DNA from: Escherichia phage SF
DNA: 64,000 nt
Strand: one strand, 5' to 3'
Sequence record: MH359124
A program made the translations under genes and the position numbers. The notes beneath the pieces are model-generated. The model was not told the origin of the DNA, did not search any database, and worked only from the letters and a program-made list of their open reading frames with translations. Numbering within the stretch: the first letter of the stretch is position 1; the number at the start of each line of letters is the position of its first letter. This document shows positions 1 through 9,511 of the stretch, in pieces.

Positions 1-233
1 CAATGATGTCTGCCTGGAGTGCTGTAGCTTCACGCTATAACATTACGGAAGAACAACAGAAAGAAATATTTAAAGAACTCCCTTTATTTGAGGATATGGT
101 TGCTGGTGATTCAGGTGGCAGCCCTCAAGCTATTGCATCAGGAACAACTACAGGTGCAGTCGTAAATAAAGGCCCAGAACAAATTCCTTCCAAGAAAAGA
201 AAGCGAATTAAAGTAAATATTAATAAGTTGTGA
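1..233 (+). CDS. 3' end of an upstream gene running off the window start (possibly helicase gene 41 or a 61.x ORF); partial
   Basis: Open frame from the window edge to a stop at 233, 40 bp upstream of primase gene 61; identity not recognisable from the 76 aa tail. Confidence 0.35.
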   Translation, partial: MMSAWSAVASRYNITEEQQKEIFKELPLFEDMVAGDSGGSPQAIASGTTTGAVVNKGPEQIPSKKRKRIKVNINKL

Positions 234-272
234 TATGATGGCCTTATTAATTTAAGGCCTCTGGAGAATACT

Positions 273-1295
273 ATGGCTGAATGGATAGATAATGAATTTG
301 CTTATCGTGCGTTTTCTCACCTACCTCGTTTTAGACAAATCAATAATTCAAGCACATTTAAATTAACATTTCGTTGTCCAGTTTGTGGCGACTCCCAGAC
401 CGATGCAATGAAAGCTCGCGGATGGTATTATGGCGGTACTCCTGGTAATGTACATTGTTATAATTGTCAATACCACAATACAATTTCCGGATACTTAAAA
501 GAGTATGATGAAGAGCTTTATCGCGAATACCTAATGGAAGTTCGTAAAGAAAAAGCTAGAATGGAACCAAAGATTGAAAAGGTTCCTGAACATAAACCAG
601 AACCGGAGAAAAAGACTATAAATTCTTTGCCGTCTTGTTCTCGTCTGGACAAGCTGCCTGAAGAGCATCCTATTGTGAAATATGTTAAGTCTCGATGCAT
701 TCCTAAAGAATCATGGAACAGATTATGGTTCACATTAGAATGGCCTAAATTGGTCAACAAGATTCAACCTGGTACGTATAAGAAAGAGATTCCCGAACCA
801 CGTTTAGTGATTCCTATTTTTAATAAAGACGGGAAGGCTGAGTCATTCCAAGGACGTGCACTTCGTAAAGATGCTCCTCAGAAATATATCACTATTAAAG
901 CGTTCGAGTCTGCAACAAAAATTTATGGTGTTGAACGTGTTAAGGAAGGAGACGTCTGGGTAATGGAAGGCCCTATTGATAGTTTATTCATACCCAATGC
1001 AATCGCTATTACAGGCGGCTCAATAGATTTAGATGTGGTACCATTTAAAGAACGTCGGGTATGGGTAATGGATAATGAACCTAGGCATCCAGATACTATA
1101 GCTCGCATGAAGCGATTAGTTGATGCAGGCGAACGTGTTATGTTCTGGGACCGAGCTCCATGGAGATCAAAGGATGTGAACGATATGGTAATGAAAGAAA
1201 ATGCAACACCACAAGAAATTTTAGAATATATGAAACAGAATATTTCAAGTGGGTTGCATGCTAAAATGAGATTATCTCGTTATTCTAAGATTTAA
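273..1295 (+). CDS. 61: DNA primase gp61
   Basis: 340 aa; N-terminal Cys4 zinc ribbon (CPVCGD...CYNC) and overall match to recalled T4 gp61; GGAGA SD before ATG. Confidence 0.9.
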   Translation: MAEWIDNEFAYRAFSHLPRFRQINNSSTFKLTFRCPVCGDSQTDAMKARGWYYGGTPGNVHCYNCQYHNTISGYLKEYDEELYREYLMEVRKEKARMEPKIEKVPEHKPEPEKKTINSLPSCSRLDKLPEEHPIVKYVKSRCIPKESWNRLWFTLEWPKLVNKIQPGTYKKEIPEPRLVIPIFNKDGKAESFQGRALRKDAPQKYITIKAFESATKIYGVERVKEGDVWVMEGPIDSLFIPNAIAITGGSIDLDVVPFKERRVWVMDNEPRHPDTIARMKRLVDAGERVMFWDRAPWRSKDVNDMVMKENATPQEILEYMKQNISSGLHAKMRLSRYSKI

Positions 1296-1489
1296 ACAAG
1301 CCCTATAATAGCAAATGCCAAATCAACTACGGTATCCAATGGAACAGAAGGAACCATAACACCATGGGCAACTAACAATGGCGCAATCCCGAAGTTCCAT
1401 GAAATAATGCCACCTACAACTATTGCAGCGATAGCAGTTTTCTTTTTATTGCCTTTAATAGCGTTGATTAACGATGGAAGTTTAAACAT
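1292..1489 (-). CDS. small hydrophobic membrane protein, unknown function
   Basis: 65 aa, two hydrophobic segments; strong SD AAGGAG 5 nt upstream of ATG on minus strand; sits in the 61-56 intergenic gap. Confidence 0.5.
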   Translation of the reverse strand: MFKLPSLINAIKGNKKKTAIAAIVVGGIISWNFGIAPLLVAHGVMVPSVPLDTVVDLAFAIIGLV

Positions 1490-1578
1490 AATATCTCCTT
1501 AGTTACCTATTATTTATTACGCTTTATAAAATTAATGTTAGAATTAACTTCTCTTATACTGAATTGAAAGGAAAAATA

Positions 1579-2100
1579 ATGGCGCACTTTAACGAATGTT
1601 CACAACTTATTTCTGGTGTTGATAAAGCAGAAGAAGCTTATTTTAATGCTCTGATTCATGAAGATAAAGACCCATTGCAGGTAATGCTTGATATGCAGAA
1701 ATCTTTACAGGTTCGTCTGGCAAATGACAAGCCTGAACATAACAAACATCCTGATGAATTGGCCACTGCTGGCGATGTTGTTGATTGGCTGCGTAATCAG
1801 AAAGATTATATCGATGATGAATTCCGTGAACTGCTGACTTCACTTGGTGGTATGAGCAATGGTGAAAAAGCCGCTAGCTCTGTATGGAAGCCGTGGAAAG
1901 CACAACATGCTGAATATCGAAATCGACGTATCGATGAACTGTCTCCTGAAGACCAGCTTGAAATTAAATTCGAGATGATTGATATCCTCCACTTTGTTCT
2001 GAATATGTTCCAAGGCCTAGGTCTTTCCGCTGAAGAAATCTTTAAACTTTACTACTTGAAAAACCAACACAACTTTGAACGCCAGGATAATGGTTACTGA
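1579..2100 (+). CDS. 56: dCTPase/dUTPase gp56
   Basis: Start moved from track TTG (1564) to ATG 1579 (MAHFNEC...); strong match to recalled T4 gp56 (PLQVMLDMQ, ETAGDVV, EDQLEIKFE, EEIFKLYYLKN). Confidence 0.9.
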   Translation: MAHFNECSQLISGVDKAEEAYFNALIHEDKDPLQVMLDMQKSLQVRLANDKPEHNKHPDELATAGDVVDWLRNQKDYIDDEFRELLTSLGGMSNGEKAASSVWKPWKAQHAEYRNRRIDELSPEDQLEIKFEMIDILHFVLNMFQGLGLSAEEIFKLYYLKNQHNFERQDNGY

Positions 2101-2107
2101 TTAGGGT

Positions 2108-2115
2108 TATAAATA
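2108..2115 (+). promoter_or_regulatory. T4-type late promoter TATAAATA upstream of soc
   Basis: Exact TATAAATA about 30 bp upstream of soc ATG. Confidence 0.6.
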
Positions 2116-2146
2116 CACCTGTAATTAAACAACAAAGGAGTTAATT

Positions 2147-2383
2147 ATGGGTGGTTATGTAAACATCAAAACCTTTACACGTCCGGCTGGTGAAGGCAAA
2201 GAAGTTAAAGGTATGGAAGTTTCTGTACCGTTTGAGATTTATTCAAACGAACATCGGATTGCAGATTCTCATTACCAAATCTTTCCATCAGAAAAGGCAG
2301 CATATTCTACTGTAGTTTCTGATGCAGCTGATTGGAAAACTAAGAATGCTGCAATGTTTACCCCTACACCAGTAAGCGGTTAA
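2147..2383 (+). CDS. soc: small outer capsid protein Soc
   Basis: 78 aa; GYVNIKTF...HYQ.FPSEKAAYSTV matches recalled T4 Soc; late promoter upstream. Confidence 0.85.
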   Translation: MGGYVNIKTFTRPAGEGKEVKGMEVSVPFEIYSNEHRIADSHYQIFPSEKAAYSTVVSDAADWKTKNAAMFTPTPVSG

Positions 2384-2391
2384 ATAATTTA

Positions 2392-2418
2392 AGGAATCCT
2401 TCGGGATTCCTTTTTTTT
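2392..2418 (+). terminator. rho-independent terminator (UUCG loop) after soc
   Basis: aggaatcc-ttcg-ggattcct hairpin followed by T8. Confidence 0.6.
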
Positions 2419-2427
2419 GTTTCTAGA

Positions 2428-2457
2428 GTTTACAACCACTAAAAACTGTGTTAAGAT
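2428..2457 (+). promoter_or_regulatory. T4 early-type promoter (GTTTAC -35, degenerate -10)
   Basis: GTTTAC then about 17-18 bp to TAAGAT; precedes ORF 2486. Confidence 0.4.
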
Positions 2458-2485
2458 ATTCTTACTTACTCAAGAGGAGAACAAT

Positions 2486-2713
2486 ATGTTAAATCGTTGG
2501 ATTAAACCTAATAACACATTAGGTGCTTTGATTGCTCAAGAAGTTTCGTTGAAATACGGTCTTGGATATTATGATGATGTAGTCGTACACTCGTTCATGA
2601 TGGATGGCGAAGACGTCAAATTTAATGCCGAAATCCGTTGGGACGATGGTGGTGTTCGTTTTGTTCGAGGAACAATTAATGCTTACGATGCTGAAGAAGT
2701 TGTTTGCTGTTAA
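2486..2713 (+). CDS. hypothetical protein
   Basis: ATG 2486 with GAGGAG SD (track ORF 2417 trimmed); 75 aa. Confidence 0.5.
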   Translation: MLNRWIKPNNTLGALIAQEVSLKYGLGYYDDVVVHSFMMDGEDVKFNAEIRWDDGGVRFVRGTINAYDAEEVVCC

Positions 2714-2726
2714 ACCAGGCGAAGGT

Positions 2727-2927
2727 ATGATGCCTATTCCTGATACACACGAAAAAAGTTGGGAATATATCGGTGACGGAATGATGGAAGAAGTTGTTCG
2801 TCCAAAAACAAAACAGGTTAATGCTTCAAGCTCTTCAAGTTATAATCATTCATACGTATCATCTTGGCCTGGTGATTCCGGGTCAAGTTATTCTGATTGT
2901 GGTTCAAGCTCAGGGAGCTGTGAATGA
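2727..2927 (+). CDS. hypothetical protein with Ser-rich low-complexity C-terminus
   Basis: ATG 2727 after GAAGG SD, immediately after the previous stop; 66 aa. Confidence 0.35.
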   Translation: MMPIPDTHEKSWEYIGDGMMEEVVRPKTKQVNASSSSSYNHSYVSSWPGDSGSSYSDCGSSSGSCE

Positions 2928-3103
2928 ACAGAATAGTAAAATGGTTTAAAAGCTGGAATGATGGAGTCGGACCAGAAGATTGGTTAGATGTTTTTGAAGA
3001 GAAAATGGTCAAAGAACTCCAGAAACATGAAGAGAAGCTCGTCGAAGATGAAGGCGAACGTATTGTAAAACTTTATATGGGTGAACCATCGAGGAAATTA
3101 TAA
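2924..3103 (+). CDS. hypothetical protein
   Basis: ATGA start/stop overlap with upstream ORF and TAATG overlap with downstream ORF, typical T4 gene packing; 59 aa. Confidence 0.35.
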   Translation: MNRIVKWFKSWNDGVGPEDWLDVFEEKMVKELQKHEEKLVEDEGERIVKLYMGEPSRKL

Positions 3104-3567
3104 TGGATGCTATGCTATTTAAAATGTATTTGCTTGAAGCCAAGTCGTTTAAACATATACCAGTAGAAGATAAGACTCCACTAGAAATAGCTATTCTCAT
3201 TAACAAATGTCTAAATAATCCGCAATATATCGTAGAAGAATTCTGCAAATTGCAGATTCCTAAAGGTTACAAAATTCGTGTAGAGCGAGTTGGAGCTATT
3301 ACTCGTTCTAAAAATTCTCCGTTTAGTCTTGAAGAAGGCATAAAGGACTTAGGTTATGAATCTACGGAAAATGCCGTTTATGTGAATCCAGAAAAGCGTT
3401 TAGATTTGTTTGAAAAGCGAGACCATAAGTATTTTGCCAAAAAATACTTTATTACGTCATTAGCAGATTTAATCCATTTGCAACGAGCTATTTGGAAATT
3501 TTTTAAGACAAAAGGTGTAGCGCTAGAAACATTCTCCGAACCTGCTAGTTTTTATCTCGGTGAATAA
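3103..3567 (+). CDS. hypothetical protein (soc-modB interval)
   Basis: 154 aa ORF, translationally coupled to neighbours. Confidence 0.5.
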   Translation: MDAMLFKMYLLEAKSFKHIPVEDKTPLEIAILINKCLNNPQYIVEEFCKLQIPKGYKIRVERVGAITRSKNSPFSLEEGIKDLGYESTENAVYVNPEKRLDLFEKRDHKYFAKKYFITSLADLIHLQRAIWKFFKTKGVALETFSEPASFYLGE

Positions 3568-3748
3568 TATGGACTTGATGAGTATGTTTGATGAGCCTGA
3601 AGTTGAGGCTCCTAAAGTGCATCGTAGTGAACTTGTTGATGAACTAGATAGTATTATACAACGTCACGGCTTTAGTTTACCTGTTGAAGCCCTGAAAGAC
3701 CTTGCCTCTTATTATGACGACCCTCCACCATGGAGTCCTTGGAAATGA
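3560..3748 (+). CDS. hypothetical protein
   Basis: 62 aa, overlapping start with upstream stop. Confidence 0.4.
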   Translation: MNNMDLMSMFDEPEVEAPKVHRSELVDELDSIIQRHGFSLPVEALKDLASYYDDPPPWSPWK

Positions 3749-3964
3749 AAGAGAAATTTAAAGAGAAATTCTTACTAGAAATCAAGGAAAAAGACTTTGA
3801 GACATGGTATCGAATGGTGAAAGGGTTGACATTGCTTTTTAAAGCATCCTTATTCATGTTAGAACAACCTGGTCCTGATGGACCTTTAGTAGGAAAGCTT
3901 AAAAAGTAGTTTACATTCCCTCCTCTCGTGTTATGATAGGCTTATCTTTAAATGGAGGTCTATC

Positions 3965-4546
3965 ATGACATGTCAATCTGAACTTCAAGAACGCGAATAC
4001 CTAACAAATCTGATTGATAGCAAATTCACCCGCCAAGAACAAAACATTCTCTGGGCTTGCACAGATTCTAAGGAAGACCCGGATTTCCACTATGAATTAG
4101 ACCATCTTGTTCGTAAGCATATGACTTCTACAGTACCAGTAGAACTCTACCGCGGTGTAACTCCAGAAGAAGTAGAACGTCTTTCCCTTCTTTCTGTTGG
4201 ATGTCATTGGTCTCCTGGACGAGTAACATCATTCACAACTGATTTCAGTACAGCTCGTCAATTCTCCGGGAGTTGGGAGTATCAGACGTACACTATTCTT
4301 AGTCTCAGGAATGCTCCATTCATTTTTGATTACTACCAAAACATGGTTAACATTGTACTTGCCGGAAAGAACCCTAAGCATGTTATGGAAGAAACACGTG
4401 TTGACGTCCTAGATATGATTGAATCTGAACAAGAGTACATGGTCTCAGGTATCTCTAGATTTGAGATTGTGGAAATTGAAGACTTAGAATATGACCCTTT
4501 ATCTCAGTTATACAAAATCATTCATTTAAAAATGTTGAATTTTTAG
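3965..4546 (+). CDS. modB: ADP-ribosyltransferase, ModB-like (R-S-E class)
   Basis: 193 aa; YRG (Arg), TSFTT (STS), ESEQEYM (catalytic Glu) motifs; paralog of next gene; position as in T4 modB-modA-srd-dda. Confidence 0.7.
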   Translation: MTCQSELQEREYLTNLIDSKFTRQEQNILWACTDSKEDPDFHYELDHLVRKHMTSTVPVELYRGVTPEEVERLSLLSVGCHWSPGRVTSFTTDFSTARQFSGSWEYQTYTILSLRNAPFIFDYYQNMVNIVLAGKNPKHVMEETRVDVLDMIESEQEYMVSGISRFEIVEIEDLEYDPLSQLYKIIHLKMLNF

Positions 4547-4576
4547 TGTACAAACTCTTCCGACGATGATACTATA
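4546..4576 (+). promoter_or_regulatory. early-type promoter (GTGTAC -35 / TACTAT -10)
   Basis: GTGTAC, about 18 bp spacer, TGATACTAT; upstream of modA-like ORF. Confidence 0.4.
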
Positions 4577-4603
4577 CTTTTATCAACCACAGGAGAAACC
4601 TAA

Positions 4604-5212
4604 ATGTTTATGCCGTATAATGAATGTGAAATTGAGGAAATGGTTCGACGTGCTCAATGCCTGGATTATCAAGATATGCTTCAGTACAAAATCGATGAGC
4701 AATTCAGTGACATTGAACAAAGTGTACTATGGCAGTGTATGGAAAACAAGCCTGATAGCATCCAACAAGATTTAAGTGCAATCGTTCGTAGAAATTGGTC
4801 TTCTTCAGTTCCTGAGACAATGTATCGTGGAATCTCTAAGAAAACTATGGCCACACTCGATGATAAAGGCATTGGTAGTATTATTAAATTTGACAGAGTA
4901 ATGAGCTTCAGCCCAGTGTTCGGTGTAGCACGTAACTTTGCTTCATATAATTTTTACGGAACATTTAATATGTTCTGCATCAAAGATGCACCATTTGCTT
5001 TCAACTTCCGTGAACATATGCTTAATATGATTCTGGCTGCACCATCTTGCGAGTTCAATGGAGCTTTCCCTGAAGCGACAAGACGGTCTAATGCTAGACT
5101 TATATCTGACGAATGTGAATTTATGCTCCCTATAGGGACTACACTGCGTGTAGATTCTATTATTCAAGATGGACGTTATACAATCTGGAATCTGTCTATT
5201 GTCGGTTACTGA
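4604..5212 (+). CDS. modA: ADP-ribosyltransferase, ModA-like (R-S-E class)
   Basis: 202 aa; MYRG, MSFSP, SDECEFMLP motifs; paralogous to preceding ORF. Confidence 0.7.
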   Translation: MFMPYNECEIEEMVRRAQCLDYQDMLQYKIDEQFSDIEQSVLWQCMENKPDSIQQDLSAIVRRNWSSSVPETMYRGISKKTMATLDDKGIGSIIKFDRVMSFSPVFGVARNFASYNFYGTFNMFCIKDAPFAFNFREHMLNMILAAPSCEFNGAFPEATRRSNARLISDECEFMLPIGTTLRVDSIIQDGRYTIWNLSIVGY

Positions 5213-5286
5213 CTGGATTGGAATAACCGGATGGAACTCAGAACCATTATAACACATAAAAAATTAAAGCATTTTACGAAAAAAGT

Positions 5287-5316
5287 GTGTACACTACCTG
5301 AGGGCATGATATTATA
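5287..5316 (+). promoter_or_regulatory. early-type promoter
   Basis: GTGTAC, 17 bp spacer, TGATATTAT, followed by the conserved TAGACCTATCA cassette. Confidence 0.45.
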
Positions 5317-5364
5317 GACCTATCAGCTAAATGACCTAACGTCCGTAAGACAGAGGAAAATATT

Positions 5365-6111
5365 ATGTTATCAAATAATAAAATTAACAAAATCAATCGT
5401 CGTCTTGACCACACCAGAGCTTCTGCGAAGAGACGCTCTAAGGATTTTAACTTAGATTTTAATTACCTTAAAAACATCCTTGATCAAAAGGTCTGCGCTT
5501 ACTCAGGTGAATCTTTCAATAACTCTGTTGAAGGTGAGAAATTATCCTTAGAACGTTTTAATAACGATATCGGCTACATTAAAGGTAATGTTATCCCGGT
5601 TAAGAAAAAATATAACACGGCTCGTTCTGATTTAACATTAGAAGAACTTATTGATAAACGTGATGCCATTGCAAGACGTATCGCTAATCCTTCTGCCCGT
5701 AAAGTAGAGAAACTTAATCTCGACGAGAAGAAATGGGCCCAAATTAAAAAGGTTTATGGTACTATTTTAAAAATCCGAGCAAAACGTGAAAATCGTGTTA
5801 AGCATATGGCGAACATGATGAAAAATCAACCTTTATCTAACGAATCTAAACTTAGAATTGTTGCTTTGAAAGCACGCATTAATGGCTCACATCAAGCAGA
5901 AGGCCATGAACTTACTAAACTCAACGTTCTTCTTAAAGGCTCTGACTGGAAAACTAAAACTAAATTAACTGACGCTGAATCGCTTTTCGATACATATGAT
6001 AAAGTTATCCAAGGTCTGCAACGTTTTGAAAAGATCGGTTTCATTGGTAAATTAAAATTGAAACGTGGCTTACCACTTAGCGCATCATTATTCCAACTGA
6101 TTAAAGGTTAA
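5365..6111 (+). CDS. srd: Srd-like protein (called by position and size)
   Basis: 248 aa basic protein located between modA and dda.1/dda as T4 srd is; sequence not independently recognised. Confidence 0.45.
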   Translation: MLSNNKINKINRRLDHTRASAKRRSKDFNLDFNYLKNILDQKVCAYSGESFNNSVEGEKLSLERFNNDIGYIKGNVIPVKKKYNTARSDLTLEELIDKRDAIARRIANPSARKVEKLNLDEKKWAQIKKVYGTILKIRAKRENRVKHMANMMKNQPLSNESKLRIVALKARINGSHQAEGHELTKLNVLLKGSDWKTKTKLTDAESLFDTYDKVIQGLQRFEKIGFIGKLKLKRGLPLSASLFQLIKG

Positions 6112-6113
6112 TT

Positions 6114-6425
6114 ATGGTTTATGTATATGCAATAGTTTATCGAGATATGGAAGGATTTACTGTCCCGGTTCCACTTGATGAGCATCGTCCTGCAGTATTT
6201 TTTAGAAAGGATATTGCAGATAAAGTTTTCGATACTTTGAAAACACAGTATAAAACAGATTTAAAAATGGGAGTTCTAAGAATGGTCGAAACTCCGCGTA
6301 AGTTCTGGTTTAATAAGCTTGAAATGAAACACGTTAAACTAGATGCGGAGACGCAAAGATTGTATCAACGAATCCTGGATACAGGCCGTATTGTTAGTAT
6401 TCCAATTGCAGGGACTTTACGATGA
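6114..6425 (+). CDS. hypothetical protein (dda.1 position)
   Basis: 103 aa; ATGA overlap with dda start. Confidence 0.5.
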   Translation: MVYVYAIVYRDMEGFTVPVPLDEHRPAVFFRKDIADKVFDTLKTQYKTDLKMGVLRMVETPRKFWFNKLEMKHVKLDAETQRLYQRILDTGRIVSIPIAGTLR

Positions 6426-7735
6426 CATTTGATGATTTGACTGAAGGTCAGAAAAACGCCTTCAACGTTGTTATGAACGCCATTAAAGAAAAGAAACATC
6501 ACGTAACTATTAATGGGCCTGCTGGCACAGGTAAAACAACCCTTACTAGATTCATCGTTGAAGCCCTTATTTCTTCTGGAGAATCAGGTATTATTTTAGC
6601 AGCCCCTACACATGCTGCTAAAAAGGTTCTAAGCAAACTTGCGGGTCAAGAAGCATCGACTATTCATAGCATTCTTAAAATCAACCCAACTACATACGAA
6701 GAAAACGTATTGTTTGAACAGAAAAAGGTCCCCGACTTAGCCTTGTGCCGTGTACTGTTATTTGATGAAGCGTCAATGTGCGACCGTTCTCTGTTTAAAA
6801 TAATGTTAGCTAGTATCCCTAAATGGTGTACAGTAATTGGAATCGGCGACCGATGCCAGATTCGTCCGGTAGACCCAGGCGAATCAACTGCGTATCTAAG
6901 TCCTTTCTTCACTCACAAAGACTTCGTGCAATGCAACCTTACAGAAGTTAAACGTAGCAATGCACCAATTATTGATGTTGCGACTGATATTCGTAATGGT
7001 AAATGGATTTACGATAAAGTAGTTGATGGACACGGTGTTCATGGATATACAGACCTTAAATCGTATATGATGAACTATTTTAACGTCGTTAAAACTCCTG
7101 AAGACCTTTTCGAAAATCGAATGATGGCATTCACAAATAAGTCGGTGGACAAGTTAAATTCAATTATTCGCCGAAAACTTCTTGAAACAGAAAAACCGTT
7201 TATTAAAGACGAGGTCATTGTTCTACAAGAGCCATTTACTAAGACATATAAGCTAGATGGTAAAAATATGACCGAAATGCTTTTCAATAACGGCCAATTC
7301 GTTCGTATTCGAGATGCTGTAGAAACGTCTACATTCGTTAAAGCACGTGGTGTTTCAGGCGAATATATGATACGATACTGGAATCTTACAGTAGAAACAT
7401 ATGGGGATGATGAAGAATACATCCGCGAAGATATAAAGGTTATTTCTTCTGAAGAAGAGCTTTATAAATTCAATTTGTTTTTAGCTAAGACCGCAGAAAC
7501 ATACAAATTTTGGAATAAAGGTGGTAAAGCTCCATGGAGCGAATTCTGGGATGCTAAACGTATGTTCACTAAGGTGAAGGCACTACCAGTATCAACCTTC
7601 CATAAAGCCCAGGGTATGTCTGTTGACACAGCCTTTGTTTATACACCGTGTATCCATTATGCCGATTCAGAATTAGCTAAACAGTTATTGTATGTCGGCA
7701 CAACTCGTGGTCGTTTTGACGTCCATTTTATTTGA
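6422..7735 (+). CDS. dda: Dda DNA helicase (SF1B)
   Basis: 437 aa; Walker A GPAGTGKTT, near-colinear with recalled T4 Dda from the first residues (MTFDDLTEGQKNAFN...). Confidence 0.95.
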   Translation: MTFDDLTEGQKNAFNVVMNAIKEKKHHVTINGPAGTGKTTLTRFIVEALISSGESGIILAAPTHAAKKVLSKLAGQEASTIHSILKINPTTYEENVLFEQKKVPDLALCRVLLFDEASMCDRSLFKIMLASIPKWCTVIGIGDRCQIRPVDPGESTAYLSPFFTHKDFVQCNLTEVKRSNAPIIDVATDIRNGKWIYDKVVDGHGVHGYTDLKSYMMNYFNVVKTPEDLFENRMMAFTNKSVDKLNSIIRRKLLETEKPFIKDEVIVLQEPFTKTYKLDGKNMTEMLFNNGQFVRIRDAVETSTFVKARGVSGEYMIRYWNLTVETYGDDEEYIREDIKVISSEEELYKFNLFLAKTAETYKFWNKGGKAPWSEFWDAKRMFTKVKALPVSTFHKAQGMSVDTAFVYTPCIHYADSELAKQLLYVGTTRGRFDVHFI

Positions 7736-7744
7736 GAGAAAATT

Positions 7745-8422
7745 ATGAGCACTGATGTTATTATAGATTTTGAAACATTCGGCAATACATCAAAAGCGGC
7801 TGTTATTGACCTTGCGGTTATTGCATATAATTCCGACCCTGAAGTTGTTGAATCATTTGAAGAACTTGTTCAACGAGGTAAGCGAATTAAATTTAATCTA
7901 GCTTCTCAGAAAGGGAAGCGAGTTTTCGCTAAATCTACTATGAAATGGTGGAAAGAACAATCGGCTGAAGCACGTAAAAACTTGGCTCCGTCTGAAGACG
8001 ATGTCACTACGCTTGAAGGCATTAAAATCTTTTTAGATTATTGCCGAGCTAATAAAGTTGACCAATGGAAATCACAGATGTGGTGCCGTGGTATGAGCTT
8101 TGACTTCCCGATCTTGGTCGATTTGATTCGTGACCTCTATCGTGATGAAGGTGTTCCTGAACCAGAGATTGATACTGATAAATTAGAACCGGTTAAATTC
8201 TGGGCTCAACGCGATATTCGTACGGCAATCGAAGCTTACTCGTTGACACGAGGATTAAGTATGTGTCCATTACCGATAGGTACGCTAAAAGGATTCGTTG
8301 CCCATGATAGTATTCATGATTGTGCTAAAGATATTTTGATGTTAAAATATGCTCAGCGTTATGCGCTTGGTCTTGAAGATGTCCCTGAGAATCCAGACCC
8401 GTTAAGTGTAAAACAGCGATAA
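7745..8422 (+). CDS. dexA: exonuclease A (DexA)
   Basis: 225 aa; IIDFET, CRGMSFDFPILVDLIRD, GFVAHDSIHDCAKDILM match recalled T4 DexA. Confidence 0.9.
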   Translation: MSTDVIIDFETFGNTSKAAVIDLAVIAYNSDPEVVESFEELVQRGKRIKFNLASQKGKRVFAKSTMKWWKEQSAEARKNLAPSEDDVTTLEGIKIFLDYCRANKVDQWKSQMWCRGMSFDFPILVDLIRDLYRDEGVPEPEIDTDKLEPVKFWAQRDIRTAIEAYSLTRGLSMCPLPIGTLKGFVAHDSIHDCAKDILMLKYAQRYALGLEDVPENPDPLSVKQR

Positions 8423-8427
8423 AATCA

Positions 8428-8457
8428 GTTTACAACCAAGGACGGTTGGAGTATAAT
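8428..8457 (+). promoter_or_regulatory. early promoter (GTTTAC -35, TATAAT -10)
   Basis: GTTTAC, 18 bp, TATAAT; shares CCAAGGACGG(T/A)TGGAGTATAAT with promoter at 8986. Confidence 0.55.
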
Positions 8458-8488
8458 CTTTCTATCTTAACCAAACAGGAAAAACATT

Positions 8489-8983
8489 ATGAATATCAAT
8501 ACTACGGCTACTTACATCCTGAAAGACGAAAAACAAATCAACTGGTACGGTGCTTCAGTGCGAGCTTATGAAAAGTTTTGTGAAATTTTAGGTGCCACTC
8601 AAGGTAATAGTTTCACTATTGTTAACTTCATTAAACAAGCTGAAGGCCCTTGGTTATTCTTAGAAATTAAAAATTCATATGGTACAATTTCTACTACTGC
8701 CATTCCAAGCACCGACTTTGAACTCTTGATTGAAGAAGTAGAACCCGTTAAAGACATCTGTATTGATATGGATATCGCTTGTATGTACGGTACTCTGATT
8801 AAGCATATTGAGCCTACTGATTTATTGTGTAAATATGTTTCAATTCGACGCCCATTCGCTGGTCCAGTAAATGGATGGGTAACTGACCAATGGATTGAAG
8901 ACGGTGTTGAACTTCTGAACGTTGTTCACGCAAGTGATTTTAGTGTAGTTCCACGTAGTGCTGTGGTTAATATCCTTAATTAA
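8489..8983 (+). CDS. hypothetical protein, member 1 of a tandem paralog family
   Basis: 164 aa; C-terminal GWVTDQWIEDGVELLNVVHASDFSVVP matches the conserved C-terminus of the next two ORFs. Confidence 0.6.
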   Translation: MNINTTATYILKDEKQINWYGASVRAYEKFCEILGATQGNSFTIVNFIKQAEGPWLFLEIKNSYGTISTTAIPSTDFELLIEEVEPVKDICIDMDIACMYGTLIKHIEPTDLLCKYVSIRRPFAGPVNGWVTDQWIEDGVELLNVVHASDFSVVPRSAVVNILN

Positions 8984-8985
8984 TG

Positions 8986-9015
8986 TTGTACATCCAAGGA
9001 CGGATGGAGTATAAT
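8986..9015 (+). promoter_or_regulatory. early promoter (TTGTAC -35, TATAAT -10)
   Basis: Near-duplicate of the promoter at 8428. Confidence 0.5.
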
Positions 9016-9046
9016 GAATTCAATTTAACAAAGAGAGAGAGAAATT

Positions 9047-9502
9047 ATGATTACTATTGGTGAAATTAAGCGTGTATCAATTGCATCCCGGTCTAAAGCC
9101 GCAGGTCGTCTGGTTGAAGTTATCGGACTTCGCACAAATGGCATGGGACGTATTAAAGAAGTTAAAGTTCGAATCATTCCTAGTTTTGGACGTCAGGATA
9201 CTCAGTACGCTTACGTAAGTCCTAAATTCTTGGAAACTCCTGTGAGCGCTCATTTTGCTTCCACTGAACCTAATGTACAGTTCAAATGGGCCCTTTGCAA
9301 AGGCGTTGAATTCCAGACTGATAAAGAATTTGACTTCATCGATGAATACGGTTATCCAAGCAAAACTGATACTATGTGTGGCTTCATTAGTGACCAATGG
9401 GTTGAAGATGGTGAAAAGTTATACAATATCGTATTCTTAGGTGACTTCCGAGTTGTTAAAGAATCTGAAATCACTCGCTATGTGTCTCCTCGTAAAGCTT
9501 AA
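9047..9502 (+). CDS. hypothetical protein, paralog family member 2
   Basis: 151 aa; VSIASRSKAAGRLVEV N-terminus and GFISDQWVEDGEKLYNIVFLGDFRVV C-terminus shared with next ORF. Confidence 0.6.
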   Translation: MITIGEIKRVSIASRSKAAGRLVEVIGLRTNGMGRIKEVKVRIIPSFGRQDTQYAYVSPKFLETPVSAHFASTEPNVQFKWALCKGVEFQTDKEFDFIDEYGYPSKTDTMCGFISDQWVEDGEKLYNIVFLGDFRVVKESEITRYVSPRKA

Positions 9503-9511
9503 GGAATTATT

